NCBI GenBank assembly: GCA_036172245.1
Contig: JAYWIR010000111.1
Coordinates: 62,001-126,000 of the forward strand
Origin: Raillietiella orientalis
Lineage: Eukaryota
Direction of reading: 5' to 3'
Length of the DNA stretch: 64,000 nucleotides
The translations under genes were made by a program, and so were the position numbers. A model generated the notes under the pieces. That model was not told the DNA's origin. It was given only the letters and a program-made list of their open reading frames with translations, and did not search any database. Positions 1 through 12,900 of the stretch are shown piece after piece (the stretch's first letter is position 1; the number at the start of each line of letters is the position of its first letter).

Positions 1-3000
1 GTGCAGAGGACAACAAATGGACTGACAACTGGTCCACGGAGGAAGCTTGGCGTATCTTGTTTCTCAACTGTCACGCGATGCAACTCGTGCTTGCGGTTAA
101 AGCTACCATGTGACTCACTTCATGGAAGACTCCGTCCCATTCAGTGAACGCTTCCCTCCACAGCTTCTGCATTTAAACAGCGATCGCAGTTCAAAAAGCG
201 TAATCCCGTAATTCCCGCAAATTCTGCTTGAAAGTTGACGGCCTTCATGTAAGTTCCGTGCACTTCCACTCTCTACATAATCATCCTACTTGCAAGAGAA
301 ATTCCGCATACTTGTGTTGGATAGCAGACGACGCAGCTGAGAAGGATGCACCTTATTATTGATATGAATTTTCCGAGAATTCCGAGAAGCGAACTCAACT
401 CGTTTGGGACGTACGTATTGGGAACTTTGCGAAAGTCTGATAGTATGTCTTCGTTCAAGAAAATCTTCTCTCGTGCATCGCTCAGTCGACTAGCATCATT
501 CACGCATCGCAGCCCCAGTAAGCAGCAAAACGGCTGCGATTTCCCATTGCTGTTTGTTGGTCTTTCAATTTCCCTTGTTCCTGTGGACATGTAGTTGTCG
601 ATCCCGACATGCCAGGTCCTTTTTTCCTACGATACGGAGATCGTTCGCTTTGCATCATTTGATTTGCAGGTATTTCTTGTGAGTAGCAACTGTGGCAACA
701 GCAATCGGTGGTAGAATTTTCGGTTGACCGCAAGTGTTTCTTTGCCGTTTTGCCGCGCGGATCGGTAGGCCGCATTGATCCGTGCCTTTATACAGCGTTT
801 TGCCGATCATCGTAAACGGAGCTTTGTAGCGCTGCTTCGCTGCTCTGAGTTGCAGCTAACGTTCGTGCAGCTGTTCGTCCTTTAGGATTGCATCACCGAT
901 ACTGCGATGCGATGCTTCCCAGAGCGATGAGTGTTCTACACATTTGACTCGCGCCGTTCCAAGTGTTCACCCTGGCTGGTATTGGTTGGCAATGTGCGTA
1001 AGTCGGTATAAATGCTGGAGAAGGTTCGAGCCTCTCTTGAGTGCAGCGCTCCAGAAACGACTCGCCCAGTGTGAAGTTCTGGAAGGCAGCAGCATGCTGT
1101 GGCGCATCGTTTTCACCATCGTAAGCAGCATTCTTTGAGACAGGCATTGCATCCCTGGTCGGAGCACGTTTCCTCCTCATGCGTGCGGCTTCTTGTATCG
1201 GGCGTCGCACTGTCTACTTTCATCGTGCAACTTAGGGAAATGGAGCGTTTCTTTAGCTCTCGGTTCGTTGGCATGCCGATTGCGGAAGGATGTAGTCTGG
1301 TTGCCTGTAGGTCGCGCGCGTTGCTTCTCCGTGGATGCTTCCGTCGAAGCGCAACATCGTTTCCGCGTGCGTTCATCGCGCCGCATAACAGAATTTTTCC
1401 AATCTGTGCTGAGTTTCTCGATGGAGTTGAGCTTCGTGGTACGTTCTAAAGAAGTGATTGCTTCTTTACGCGTCTGGAACGTGGAGTTGCGTGTTTGTTG
1501 CAGTTACGTGTGCTCCGAAGTTCAGACATGGTCAACTTACTCTTTGCGGAATCTGCGTGACTGCGCAGTGTCCCTTTTCTGACCATGCTCGTTTCCGCGG
1601 CAACCCTGCTTGCAGGTCACTGAAGGCTTTTTGCGTTGACTTGAATAAATTTGGATGCGGAGTCGCGGATCCAGTGAACGTAAGCTGCGACCCTGAGAGG
1701 GGCAAGAGCCTGCTTGGCATTGTTCCGTCTATCGATCGCGCTTGCATACGGGTGGTGAGTCTGCATACTTGAAAAGTAATGCTTTCGTCCTCCCTTTTTA
1801 AGTTTCTATGCATTTAATGTCGCATTGCTTTCGTGTGTTGTCTCCTTTTCAAATGAAGGCATCCGGGTTTTTTTTTCCTGTCGTTTTCTGCGAATTTCGA
1901 CGACGTTCAACGAATGTTTTCGTGTTTCTCATGTTCAATGAGGTTCCCGATGGAATGCCCATTGGATGTTTACAGTTGCATGGAATGCGCTCAACCGAAA
2001 TATCACGTGATCCTTTGTGGGTTCGTGCCGCTCGTGGAAGTGCTGTTGATTGAGTTGCGTCGACCTTTCGCCGTCCTATCAATCTTTGCTGTGCTCCAAG
2101 ATGCTCTGGCCTAGCGTTGCGCAAACTGCTTGCTCATTGCTGCGTAATCTTATTGTTTTCATTTGCCGTCTCGCATACGTTATTAATTCACTCATTGCTT
2201 ATTTTTCGTAGGTGATTCCTGGATCTATATGCTATAACCAGATTGGTTCTGAGTTTTCTCAGATTCGAAATTCCACTGTTGCTTTGGATAGAGTTTTCAC
2301 AGATATAATCGGCTTTGAAGATGTACGCGGACCTTGTGTTCCTTTGTTTACCAACCGTGCAGGTGTATGCGAGTTTGCTGTGACTAATTCACGTTCCACT
2401 TTAAGAAGTGGTGTTTGCACTATGACTACATTTGTAAGATGATTCCTCATAGTGACGGATCTTATTAGCATTTTAGCTTCTGCATACCCAAGCTTCTTTG
2501 TCAGTTACTTTATTTCTATCACAGTTTAGTGGCGAGTGTTATCTTGAATTAGGAGGCGTAAGTCGCAGGTATGTTCTAGTTGTGCTGACAGCATGTATGT
2601 GTGATGGAGGTTCCTGTGAAAGGTTGTTTTGATTTTCGCTCGTTTTTCTGTTGATTCCTGCTCTCGTGTAAACTGTTTTTGGATGTCCGTGGATTTGGAG
2701 CTGGTTTTTTTGTCCTTTGTATTCTAGGGAATTTGTGTACGTACTTTTCTCTTTGTGAGTACATATAACGTTTGTTTCGCCATAGTATACATCCCAAACT
2801 TTTTTTTAAAGTTCTCTGTATTTTTTTATTTGTCTCGGATTTCCTATTTTTCAGTTGTTCTCGATATCCAGAACGTGCACTTCTGAGTGTCTGTGTTTAT
2901 GAACTATTGCTTAATTTGTCTATTACTTTTTTGCATTTTCTAATTTCGTGTTTACCTTTGAATATGCTTAAGGCTGCTGCCTGGGCCAAATCCTGGATCC

Positions 3001-3769
3001 TTTCCAAGCACGTTGAGGTGTGATTGGCGCAATCTTAGAGGAAGCCATTTCAAAGTTACGTTCAGACCTACACTTGGTTGATCAGAAGGTTTTCCACAGT
3101 ACCTCTCAAAATCTTCTCGGATAATGCGCGTTTGAAAATAAAAACGTTCAGCACATTAGTTTGGATTTTTTTATGTGTTGCTTTGTTACAGCTGGATAAA
3201 TAGACAATTAGAGTCCTTAATTCGTGACTTGATCATTAAGAGACAGTGTGACCTCTGGAAATAAAATGCTTGCAATGAACTTTCGACGGATATTAGAAAT
3301 TTGTTTTTAAAAACGAATGCTGCAGAAGGAATCATCTGAGCCCGATTTGGCGTATCTGAACTTCGTTCGAAGCACAGGAAATAGCAGCTAGATCCGGCAA
3401 TCATGTATTTCCCTAAACAAGGAGTCTTTCTCACTCACTATGTTGCTGACTACCTTTTCTCCTTCTCGCAAACTCTGTCGTTTGCTCTCTTCGCGATATC
3501 CAGGTTTTCCAAGGAAAAATCAATATTAATTATAAGGTTTTGTGTTCGCTCTTCCTGATATTCTGCCATGGATAATGAGGATATCGTACCGTTGGATACG
3601 TGCAGAATGTCTCGCATGAATATCAAACATCCTTCTACAGGTGCAGAATTATCATAGAAGCAAAGCAGTGCACTTGGTCAGCAATTGGGACATTGAGAGT
3701 TTCTGGCACACCAAAATGGTCATCCTTTTGAGCAGATTCACTCGATTAACCAGGAGCAGCAACGGTCGG

Positions 3770-4915
3770 GACTTCAACGGACGGCAAAAGAGCTGACAGC
3801 CACGCTCCAGCAACCACCCAATGACGAGAAGAAGGCCTTGAGGCGTTCTGTTCAGGTGTAAGAACCAGAAACTTCGCAGTTTGAACCCGAAGCCGGCAAG
3901 GCTCCTGATGTCAATTTGCCGAAACCAAAAGCGAGCAGGAAAGGAGGCAACCAGCGACGCACCGTTTCTTTACAGGCGGGGGAGGAAATCCGCTCGGACC
4001 ACGACGACAAGCATGCGATGTCCGCGGGATTTCGCGACTACTCGCAGGAAGCGGTACAGTGAAAGCGGGATCCGTCAACCTCCTCCGACGGTTCGCCTCC
4101 ATGCAAGGATCAACACATCGCCATCGAAATACATCGACCGCAGGCTAAACAGGAGTCGAAAGACGCCACACAATCAACATAAGCACATCCACGCGTAGAC
4201 TGTCCTCCTGCCGTCGACTGCACGTAATCTGTTGGAACGTCAACGGGATGCGTCCGCAACAGGAAAGAAGTGGCCGCCAGCTACCGGGACATCGATCAGG
4301 CGCTTCTGCAGTAGACGCACGTGCTCCACGCAGGGGAGACCAAGGAAACAGAACGGATCGCAGGCGGGCGGCTACTATACGAAAACGGAAAAGACTGCAT
4401 TCGCGGTGTGGCTTTCATTCTCAAACCAGCCGTCGTTGATGCGTAGCGCGTCGTGCACTTTGACGAAGAAGGTCAAGTCAGCCATCCTGTGATCAAGTGG
4501 TCCGATGCGATCGACCTCGTCATAACCAACGTGTTCACGCCCTGCACGAGATACAGACTCGCAAAACGCAGTGCGTTCTTTCGAAGCATGCGGCGAGACT
4601 GGCTGGCTGAAGCACACCTACGAAGGGCACACCTGCTTGCCGGGGACATTAACGTCCCCATGCTGGTAGGTTCGTTCAACATACGACCACAGCTGGACAA
4701 CGAGATGTGCGCTGCAATGCATGAGAGAAACTTGTTGACCGCTGATGCCGGGAAGGAAACAAGGATCAACCACATGTTCCTCGACAAACACCTGTGTTCA
4801 CAGAAGAGAAATAGAAAGGCAGTGACTTCAGAATTTTTCGACAACCCCAGGCTTGTGCTGGAGATACATCAGCGCAGTAAAGGTCCACCCTGACAGCGTG
4901 ATGTCTGCCAGGAAA
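3770..4915 (+). mobile_element. Degenerate L1/Tx1-type fragment (family H): probable ORF1 tail plus ORF2 APE endonuclease
   Basis: Translation gives CWNVNG (~4230), VITNVFTP, AGDINV and INHMFLD, homologous to the endonucleases of the other elements here. Frameshifted; left boundary approximate. Confidence 0.75.
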
Positions 4916-4919
4916 CCGG

Positions 4920-7045
4920 TTTCAAAGGGATCACTTATCACTGAAAGAAGGGCCCATCGTTTGGAAGAAGCCTTCGAGGTCCATCCGCATATGTCCCAGT
5001 TGTGGCCATCGGGCAGCTCTTCCTATAAAGATACTGAATGCAGGATGACGTTGCTCTCTTTGAAATTCGGTTCTTTAAAGGCAGCATCGCTCCAAGCCAC
5101 CACGATGCCTCGAGTGCAGCAAATTGCTGCGAAGGCTTGCGGCTGACTGTAGGGCGTCCCATACGAAGAGAAATTAAAGAACGTTTCTTGGCTAGCTGCC
5201 CACCAATAGCCCAATGGCCGTAGGAAATCGTTCCCCTAGGTTTCGAAGGGCAGCACAATCAACAAGAAGATGAAAGAGCGATTCCACACCTGGCGCACTT
5301 AGGATTCACAGCTACCCTTTTCCAGTGAAAGCGGCATGCGCTGCAGGGTAACCCTGAGTGTAACAGTAGCAGCTACAACTCTTGTCACTTAAGGGACAGG
5401 AACCTCGATTCCTTTAATACTGCGGACCTCTTCAGCTAATTCATCAAGATGCCGAACAGCTCGCCCCAAGTTAATAGCCATCGCGCATAAACGCACAGGG
5501 TCGTGGCATCGGCGAGCTCTCCCATGGTCCTTCCGCTGATGAACCTCTCTCGTCCTACTTTGCGGCAGGAAACTTTCCACCTTTGCATCCACCTGCTCTG
5601 AGGTGCCCCCAAAAGGAAAGGCACCACCGTCGCTATGCAGGCCATCTCTGCCTACGTGCCCATATCGGGAAAATCCAGTAGGTACCACACCATGCAGCGT
5701 GCGCAGAGACCGCGTAACAGGCGTATCCACTTCTCTTGGCTCCTCTGGTATATTGCTCCCTCCTCCTGTCGATAGTCTCCTCCAGTCAGGCGGGGGAATT
5801 AACGGGGTAGCAAGCCATCCAGCTGTTTTCCTGCGAGAGCGTTGCCATGTTTGCGAGCACTAGGCCGCATCTGCGAATTATCCGGCCGCGGCACCAACGA
5901 AAAGACGCGAGTCCATCGCACCGAGACACACGGCTGGCGAGGAGGCGGGCCGGAATGCACCAAGGGGTGCTGCACAGCTTCGCTGCGATGGCCATGGTGC
6001 GCCATCGCAGCTGAAGATGGACGCGCTACAGCGTCAAGAGGCTAAGAGAGCCCTACTGACGCGTTGCGTACAAGTATTTCAAAGAGACTCGGGGCCTTCC
6101 CTTGCCCAGAAGGGCCATGCGCTGCAAATACTTCGTTCTCTTCTTTCCTTCTACAGGGACAAACCAAGAAAAATTAGGGGGAGGAGGAGGACGTAACCGA
6201 ACCCGTTCCATACCGCGGCTCATTCCGGCAAGAGAAACTTGCCTTTCAGAAACGGGCCGCACGCTAACTCCACATTCAGAAGACTTTTTGACCACAATTC
6301 TGTTGGACAAACCTGCCCCATCAATACGCGTAGGGTACCTGGCCGTGGCAATCCCCAATCGGATCCTATCAGGCCGTTCTGCCCACGTCGCAACAATTGG
6401 CTCCACCGACGACTTTGCCTTGTTCTATTGCAGTCCGGTCCAGCGGCTAAGCAAATCGAATCAATCCGCGACTCCTGCTGCCGGGGTGGACATGGGCAAT
6501 AAGAGCACAATATCGTCGACATAAGCTGCTACTGCGGGCGTTCCGGGGCACGAGCTCGGCAAAGCAGACTGAGTGGCCCTACACGCACTCAGCACCAACG
6601 GAAGGTGGGTGCTTAAGTGCAGGGGACTCAGACTGTCCACCTTCCGTATGCCGCGCAGCAATGGCCCGCTGTACGCTACTTGACTACTGAAGGAAACGTT
6701 GAATAGAGATTTCCGCCAGCAGGAGCGCAATGCGAAGTGTAGTGAGGCTGGGAAGCCAATGCTACTCAGAAATACTAACGGAAGATCCTGGTTCATCCAA
6801 TTGAATGCCTTGTGGATATCTACCGCGATCGCTACGGCACCCTTTTTGGCCCGGATTTCTTTTCCCTGTCCGGCTGGAGGCCTTAAAGTGGGGCTGCCGA
6901 TCTACTCCATTTTTTTTCTTCTCACACCACTGCAGATGAAACCATGTGCTCGCAAAGAAAAGTTTGGCCTCCATAATTCGCTCGAGAAGAGCGTAGGTCT
7001 GCCACATACCCCAAACGCGACGCCCACAGTCCGGCAAGGAGCTTG
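4920..7045 (-). mobile_element. Degenerate 3' half of an A/C-type ORF2 (RT and C-terminus)
   Basis: Minus-strand KLLAGLWASRLG, PSSCPGTPAVAAYVDD, WGKGRPRVSLK and STPWCIPARLL. Ends in GPSFSDK* near 4927. Many indels. Confidence 0.85.
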
Positions 7046-9518
7046 ACGTGCGAATGTGTTTTTTCAGCGCACGTCTGCGCCTGTTGCGGAGCCTTTATTC
7101 GATTGAGCTTCTGTGTGTGCGGCATCGCCGCTGTCCTATTGCAGCAATGCCTGAGGACACCGAGATGGATGTCGGAGGGGGAGAGGCTTGTTCCTCTCTT
7201 CAGCCCATGGGGGTGGAGGCCACCGCCCCCACGAAGGCGAGGGCAACCGACCCCTTGAAAAAGGGGGCAACCGCGTCCTCGGATTTGTCTTCTGCAACGA
7301 CGGAGACCTGAAGGGCCGTGGCTGCAGCGCCTTCTCCTGCAGCTATAGCACAGAAAAATGCCTACCTTGAATAAGGATACAAGCCGTCCTTGATTTATAA
7401 GGTAGGGAACTTGTTTTTCGGCAAACACGCCCGCAACTCCGAAAAAGAGTTGCAGCGACTGCACGTTAAAGAGGAGGGACTGGAAAATCTTCCCGTGATG
7501 AGTGGGGGTCATCGGGTGGACTTGACTTGCAAAGATGCAAGCCTGGCTCAGCGCCTGCTCAATACACCCATCACGCTGGAAGGCCGAAAGGTTTTCCCGG
7601 TTACGGAGGATCGCTTTATTGCGGCGCACTCCACTAAGGTAACTCTGCGCATAACGAAAACTGGCGTGCAGGAGGAGTTCAAAAAATACGGTACGGTGCA
7701 CGCGCTGTGGACCAAGCCCAACGTCTTCCAAACCTATGGAAGAATGTTCAGTAGCATGAACGCAGCGCGACTGAACGTCCACGAAAACGGTGGGCTACCC
7801 CACGTACTGAACGTTGGCAACGAGATGGTCGAATTCTGGTACGTGGGAGAGCCCAAGTACTGTGGAAACTGCGATGCCACAGGACACCTGAAAAAACGGT
7901 GCCCTTACATCCAGTGCTTTCACTGCGGGGTGAAGGACCACCTTTGTAAAGTGTGTCCACAGCAGGAACCTCCAGCGCAATCTGCTTTGAAAAAACCTGA
8001 AGCCAAACGCTTGGAGAAAGTGAATAAATACAAAGAGGTGAGGGATAGACATAACCAAAAGCCAGAGCCCGAACCCTCTTAGCAGACATCGGTCGAGAAT
8101 ACTCCCGACGACGCTGGCGAGAACAAGTGTTGGCGGATGGCGAAGCCAAAACCCCCAAAAAAAAGAAAACCGAAGGCCTGACAGCGGAACCCGCGACATC
8201 TCCTCTAAATAGGAGACAACTACGCGGATTGCTTCGCGAATGTTCGGTTGCCTTGCAGCGCGTGAGGGTCCCAGAGACTGCGAACGGGGGAGATATCTTT
8301 AGCCTCGTTGCCGACAAAGACGCGACCGCGGAAGGCGAACTCTCTGTGCAAACAGATGGGGAACCGCGCTAAGCGCTCGAAGCAATCGAGTAGGCCGCCT
8401 TCCAACAACCGGCGGAAGATCTCGCGGCCAAAGTCGCCGACCATGAGAACGGCTTGCGAAAGTCCTTGCAAAGGCCGCACGCGAGCAAGGCACCTCCGAC
8501 AGGTGACCGCGATCCGGGTGCCGGAAGTTCGTTCTCCTCTGCGGAGGCACTTCCGAAGAAGACTGGACGGAAGTATAATAATCCGCAGAGGCGCATCCCG
8601 ACGAAGGAGAGGGACGTACCGGCAGCTTAATGGGAAGCCGGCTGCGTGGGAACGAAAGAAGGGATTTTTCCACCCTTTACGACCGAGCAGCTGGTCTCCT
8701 CCATGAAGGAGTGGGAGCAGGTGGGTAATTGCCGTTCCCTTCCACCGATGGGCCTTGCGGAGGAGATAGTGTTGGAGGAGGGGGAGCAGACAGTTCACAA
8801 CCGCTCCCCCCCGCCGTCCGTCCCAGCCGACGAATCGGTGTCCCTGGAATAGAGGGAGCAGGTGCGTGAAACCCGCCCTTTTCCACCGATGCGTCCTGCC
8901 GAGGAATCGGTTCCTATAGAGAAGGGAGTACCGGAGCGCGATGCTCTTGCCCCTCCTCAAGCCGTCCTGCCTGACCAGGTGGAGGGAGCCCCACTGTCGG
9001 TTTCCCGGTAATAACACCTGGGCTCTCCTGACGCCGTCGGATACGCGTGGCCTGCTGGAAAGTGAACCGGCTGCGCGACGACGGCAACAGACGGGACACG
9101 GCCGCCACGCTGCTTGACTTCGACCTGACACACCTGCAGGAGATCCAAATGATCATCGCGGAGAACGCCCAGGAGATCAAGAGGATTGCAGGGGGACGGT
9201 TGCTGTGGCAATGAGGCACCAAATACACCTGAGGCGTCGGGGTTTTCATGAAGCCGGCGGTCGACGCTGCCTTCAAGAGCGTGCGCTTCGACTTAGCCTG
9301 GTCGCGTCGGCCAGCTGATTCTCAGGTGGTCCGACACGATCGACCTCCACGTAACAAACGCCTCGGCTTGCTTGAATGAAAACGTCGGAACAAACCTGTA
9401 CGGCCCCAGCGGTGCGGCCAGGTATCAGGAACGTATACCGTTTCTGGAAAGCCTGAAGCGCGACTGGCTGGTGGAAGCGAACGTGCGTAGGGCTCACTTG
9501 ATTTCGGGAGACTTCAGT
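7046..9518 (+). mobile_element. Family D (A-related) element, 5' part: 5'UTR, ORF1 and N-terminal endonuclease, cut at GDF by element B0
   Basis: ORF1 starts MPEDTEMDVG at 7147 and has knuckles CGNCDATGHLKKRC and CFHCGVKDHLCKVC. Endonuclease runs to RRAHLISGDFS. Confidence 0.85.
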
Positions 9519-11234
9519 CGAGTGGGGACGTGTTTTTTCGTCGCTATTGTGTCTTGGCTGTCTTCTGCTTTATGTTGGTGTCGTGCATTTCGACGACGAT
9601 GTCGTGCCAAAAGGAAGCCACTGAAGTTGGGGGACCAGCGTTTGGATCTGCAACCGTGGAACCGACGTCCGCTTTCTCTTCGTCTTCCACGCCAGCTGCG
9701 AGAACCTTTGCTGACGTTGCTGCTGCCGCAGCTGTCAGAAGGGTACCACTCCAAGAGGCGGAGGTGCAGGCCTACGTAGGCCAGGGCTACAATCCCTCAC
9801 TTTGCTACCAGGTCACTGGATTTCTTTCTGTTCGCGACGGTATTCAGTTCAACGATGAACTGACCAGTGTTGGCGTGCAGGAGGAAGACCTTTTGGCTAT
9901 TATGCCCATCAAAAGCTTTAGATATTTCAAAGTGCGCTGGATAGTCGCGGCTGTTTTGCAACGCTTGCTGCGCAATCCTTTGTTTATCCGTGTTAAGACG
10001 GTCTTCCCATCTAATGGATGAGTCGTTCGTGGACAAGCTTTACGGCATCGAATCGGAAACTTCCGACCGTGAATTGCGGACTGTGTTAGCGAAATTCGCC
10101 ACGGTTTAAGCTCTGTAAAAGGTTGGAAGCACCTCAAGGATATAGCGTTCATCGTCAGCTATAGCGCCGTGGTTCGACTAATTATGCCGGACCTCCGGTT
10201 CCTGCCTTAGAAGCTGTAGGTGAACGATACAGTTGTTCACCTATGGCATGCAGGCAAGCCTCACGTATGTGAGGAATGCGGAGAAGAAGGGCATTATTCA
10301 CAAAAGTGCCCTTCTAATAAATGCCGCTACTGCAAGCAATCTGGACACAAATTAAAGAATTTTCCGGACCTTGCTAGGAAAAAGGCAACCGCAGAGCATC
10401 AACGTACGAAATCCGTCGCGAAAAAAATAAACGAGGCAAAAAAAAAACAGTGCGCACGGGCGAATTCTCGTTACGATGCGAAGTAGAATGCTAACCATCT
10501 GCAAAGGTCCTTACCGTTGAAGCCCCTCGCGCCACACTTAGCGGCAAGGAATCTGCAATAGAAGGGGCGGGAGAGCTCAAAGGTCGACTGCAGAGCTCCT
10601 GTCATCGATGCAGAATCCCGGTTTTAAGCCTAAAGAACAAAGAATCCCAAAAGAAAAAAACCGCTGAATGCTGAATGCTGAATGGCGGTCGCCGTAAAAT
10701 GGAAAGTAAACATTCCACCACCTTGCCCCTTTCAAAGCCGAAGAAGCCCAATGGCCAAAGAAGGAAGGAAGTAGGTTAGGTTAGGTAGGTTAGGTTAGGT
10801 TAGGTTTGGCTACCCTTACTTTTTGAGCTGCAGAGCCACTGGCTCAACAACCCTTGCCCCCAAGCTGCGCACCTCTTCGCGGAAGACTTCAACGTCCGAC
10901 TGTTGTCCGACGATTGCAGCCGCCCCAGGAAGCGCGCGCTGCCCATCGAGAATTGGGCGTCGGTGCACGCCGCCAACTTGATGGTCAGCGAACCTGGAAT
11001 AGAAATATCGCCCGATCAAGTTTTCCTTGATGCAAACCTGCATTACGGTGTGGGTAAAAGAGGAAGATTGTTGACTGGGCTTTCTAAGCTCCACACGTTG
11101 GAGTTTGAACTCCTTCCGCCAGCCAAGGGGCCTCCGTTGCAAAACAGGAGGATGTAGGCGGATTGGCTTAGCCACCCGGAGGCTGCGGAGCATCTCCGTG
11201 AACCCCTCCGAGGCTTCGCCATTCAAGAACTCGG
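9519..11234 (+). mobile_element. Family B copy B0 (old, internally deleted, 3'-interrupted)
   Basis: Starts CGAGTGGGGACGTG like B1-B3. ORF1 is homologous to MSSQLEATEVGG, with knuckle CEECGEEGHYSQKC. Endonuclease piece at 10815-11234. Confidence 0.85.
10772..10804 (+). repeat. (TTAGG)n tract, about 6-7 units
   Basis: taggttaggttaggtaggttaggttaggttagg read directly. Confidence 0.9.
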
Positions 11235-12900
11235 TTCTCACCCGGCTGCGCCGGGGCGTTAATTCTTTCGAATAAAACAAGCGTTGGTGGCTGAACTGGT
11301 GGTCCGGCTACCCACTGGGAAACAAAATTAAGCATGCCGGGTCACCGTTTTGCATTCTAGTACGGTCCACCACGACAGCAGAAGAGGCAAGGACAAAACA
11401 AAAAATTAAAGAAAAAAAAGAAATATATGAAAACAAGATTTGGGAGGCTCGGGAAGGGATCACAGTCTGCTGTGGGGCCGTTACATCATTTGCAGGATGC
11501 CGGCAAGCTTATTTTGGAATTTTGAAAACAGATGGGTCTTTTCTGTGGCCGTCCTCATAAATTCGGCTGCGCACTGGACGGCAACTTTATCCCCCGGTCC
11601 TCTTGTTGCCTTGCTGCATGCACCGACAATCCCGTGAAAGCTGCACAGAGCTGCTAACGAGGCTAATGCCGAAGGGCGAAGCAAACGAAGAGCGATCTAA
11701 CTGGGTCTCTGGGGTTGCCAAAGGGGATACCGATTGGTGCGGCAAAACGGTTCCAAAGGGGTCGAAGAGTCACACAATCCAAAAAGAGGTGAAAGAGGGA
11801 CTCCCATTCTCCCCACCTCGCACAGTTAGGGATCACAGCTCCTCAGGTGCAATGGTGTCGGCGGGCGTTGCAGAGGTGTCCACAATGCAGCAACAGTAGC
11901 GCCGACTCCAGCCATTTTAAGGGGAGGAGTGTAGTGTTCATCAGCACATAAGACGACTTTTACTCTACCTACGGAACATTTAGCAGCTCGCTCTAGCGCA
12001 CGAGTCCAACAGAGGTGGTAATCCGGGCCGCAGTTTAACAAAGAATCCCCGTTTTATATTTCCTGATTTTTTTGTCCGTACCAGAGATTTCAACTTCCCA
12101 TAGCGCCGCAGTGTTGCTGTCCAGATATTCCTTTAGGGAAAATGGCATTGCAGCGAGGAAAGTTCTTCTTGCCCACGCTCGTTTTTGGGGGTTCTTCAGG
12201 ACCTCCCTGAGCGTCAGGCGGTCATTACGGACGTAGAATTGTCTCTGCCCTTCTTGGGTGCGTTGCTAATTGCTCTTTGCCCACGTCTCAACCGTTTCTT
12301 GCAGCCATGCAGGTCCATTAACGCAACGACAGCAGAGCCATCCCGCGTTCTTTTACATCATGTCAGGTAATCTCCGCAGCTGCAACCCGTAGTGACCGAC
12401 TTGGCGGCGACGACGGAGCGCAAGGAAGGATGACAGTCCCACCTTGCATGCAGCCTGCTCGACGAGGAGAATGCGGGCTCGAACCAACTGCTGCTCCAAT
12501 ACTTCGCCACTAGGGAAAGTAGTCGAAACTGGAGTTGGAGCTCCAGCCGCCAAAGCATCAGGAGACCGAAACCGCCGTCCCGACGCTGAGCGTTCAAGTC
12601 CTCAAGACGGACTCGGGCCCTCCCATTACCACACAGGGCAATCCTAAGGAGGTCCTTCGTCCGCTTTTTAGTCTCTCTGATGGATGGAAAAACCAAAAGC
12701 AAAGAACGGAAAAGAAAGACCGCGAAACCCCCCCTCCTCCGTTTAGACGGCCATTAAGCTGGCGGATCCGGATTGCCACTCCTGCCTCTGGGCTCCAGCA
12801 CCGGATTCGGCTAGCCTGCGTACGTCTGCTGTTCGCGCGTAACATTGAGCTTGTAAATACGATCTCTAGTTACGCACGCCTTAGCCAACCAATCTTGTGG
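11235..12900 (-). mobile_element. Family F (C-like) element, 3' end plus deleted ORF2 remnants
   Basis: Terminal AATTAA-CGCCCCGG-CGCAG-CCGGGTG-AGAA on the minus strand at 11235-11264. ORF2 remnants include LRIALCGNGRARVRLEDL and VRRLAESGAGAQRQEWQSGSA. Confidence 0.8.

Noticed and set aside
1..2150. Short ORFs in the left flank, including a weak hAT-like CHAMQLVLAVK string
   Set aside because: Too short and too degenerate to support a call.
2212..2362. Possible host exon (pyrimidine tract-AG ... AG/GT, open frame VIPGSICYNQ...)
   Set aside because: The splice-like signals are plausible, but there is no recognisable protein similarity and no partner exons can be established by eye.
10662..10684. 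(GCTGAAT)x3 micro-repeat
   Set aside because: A local slippage duplication in decayed B0 with no evident function.
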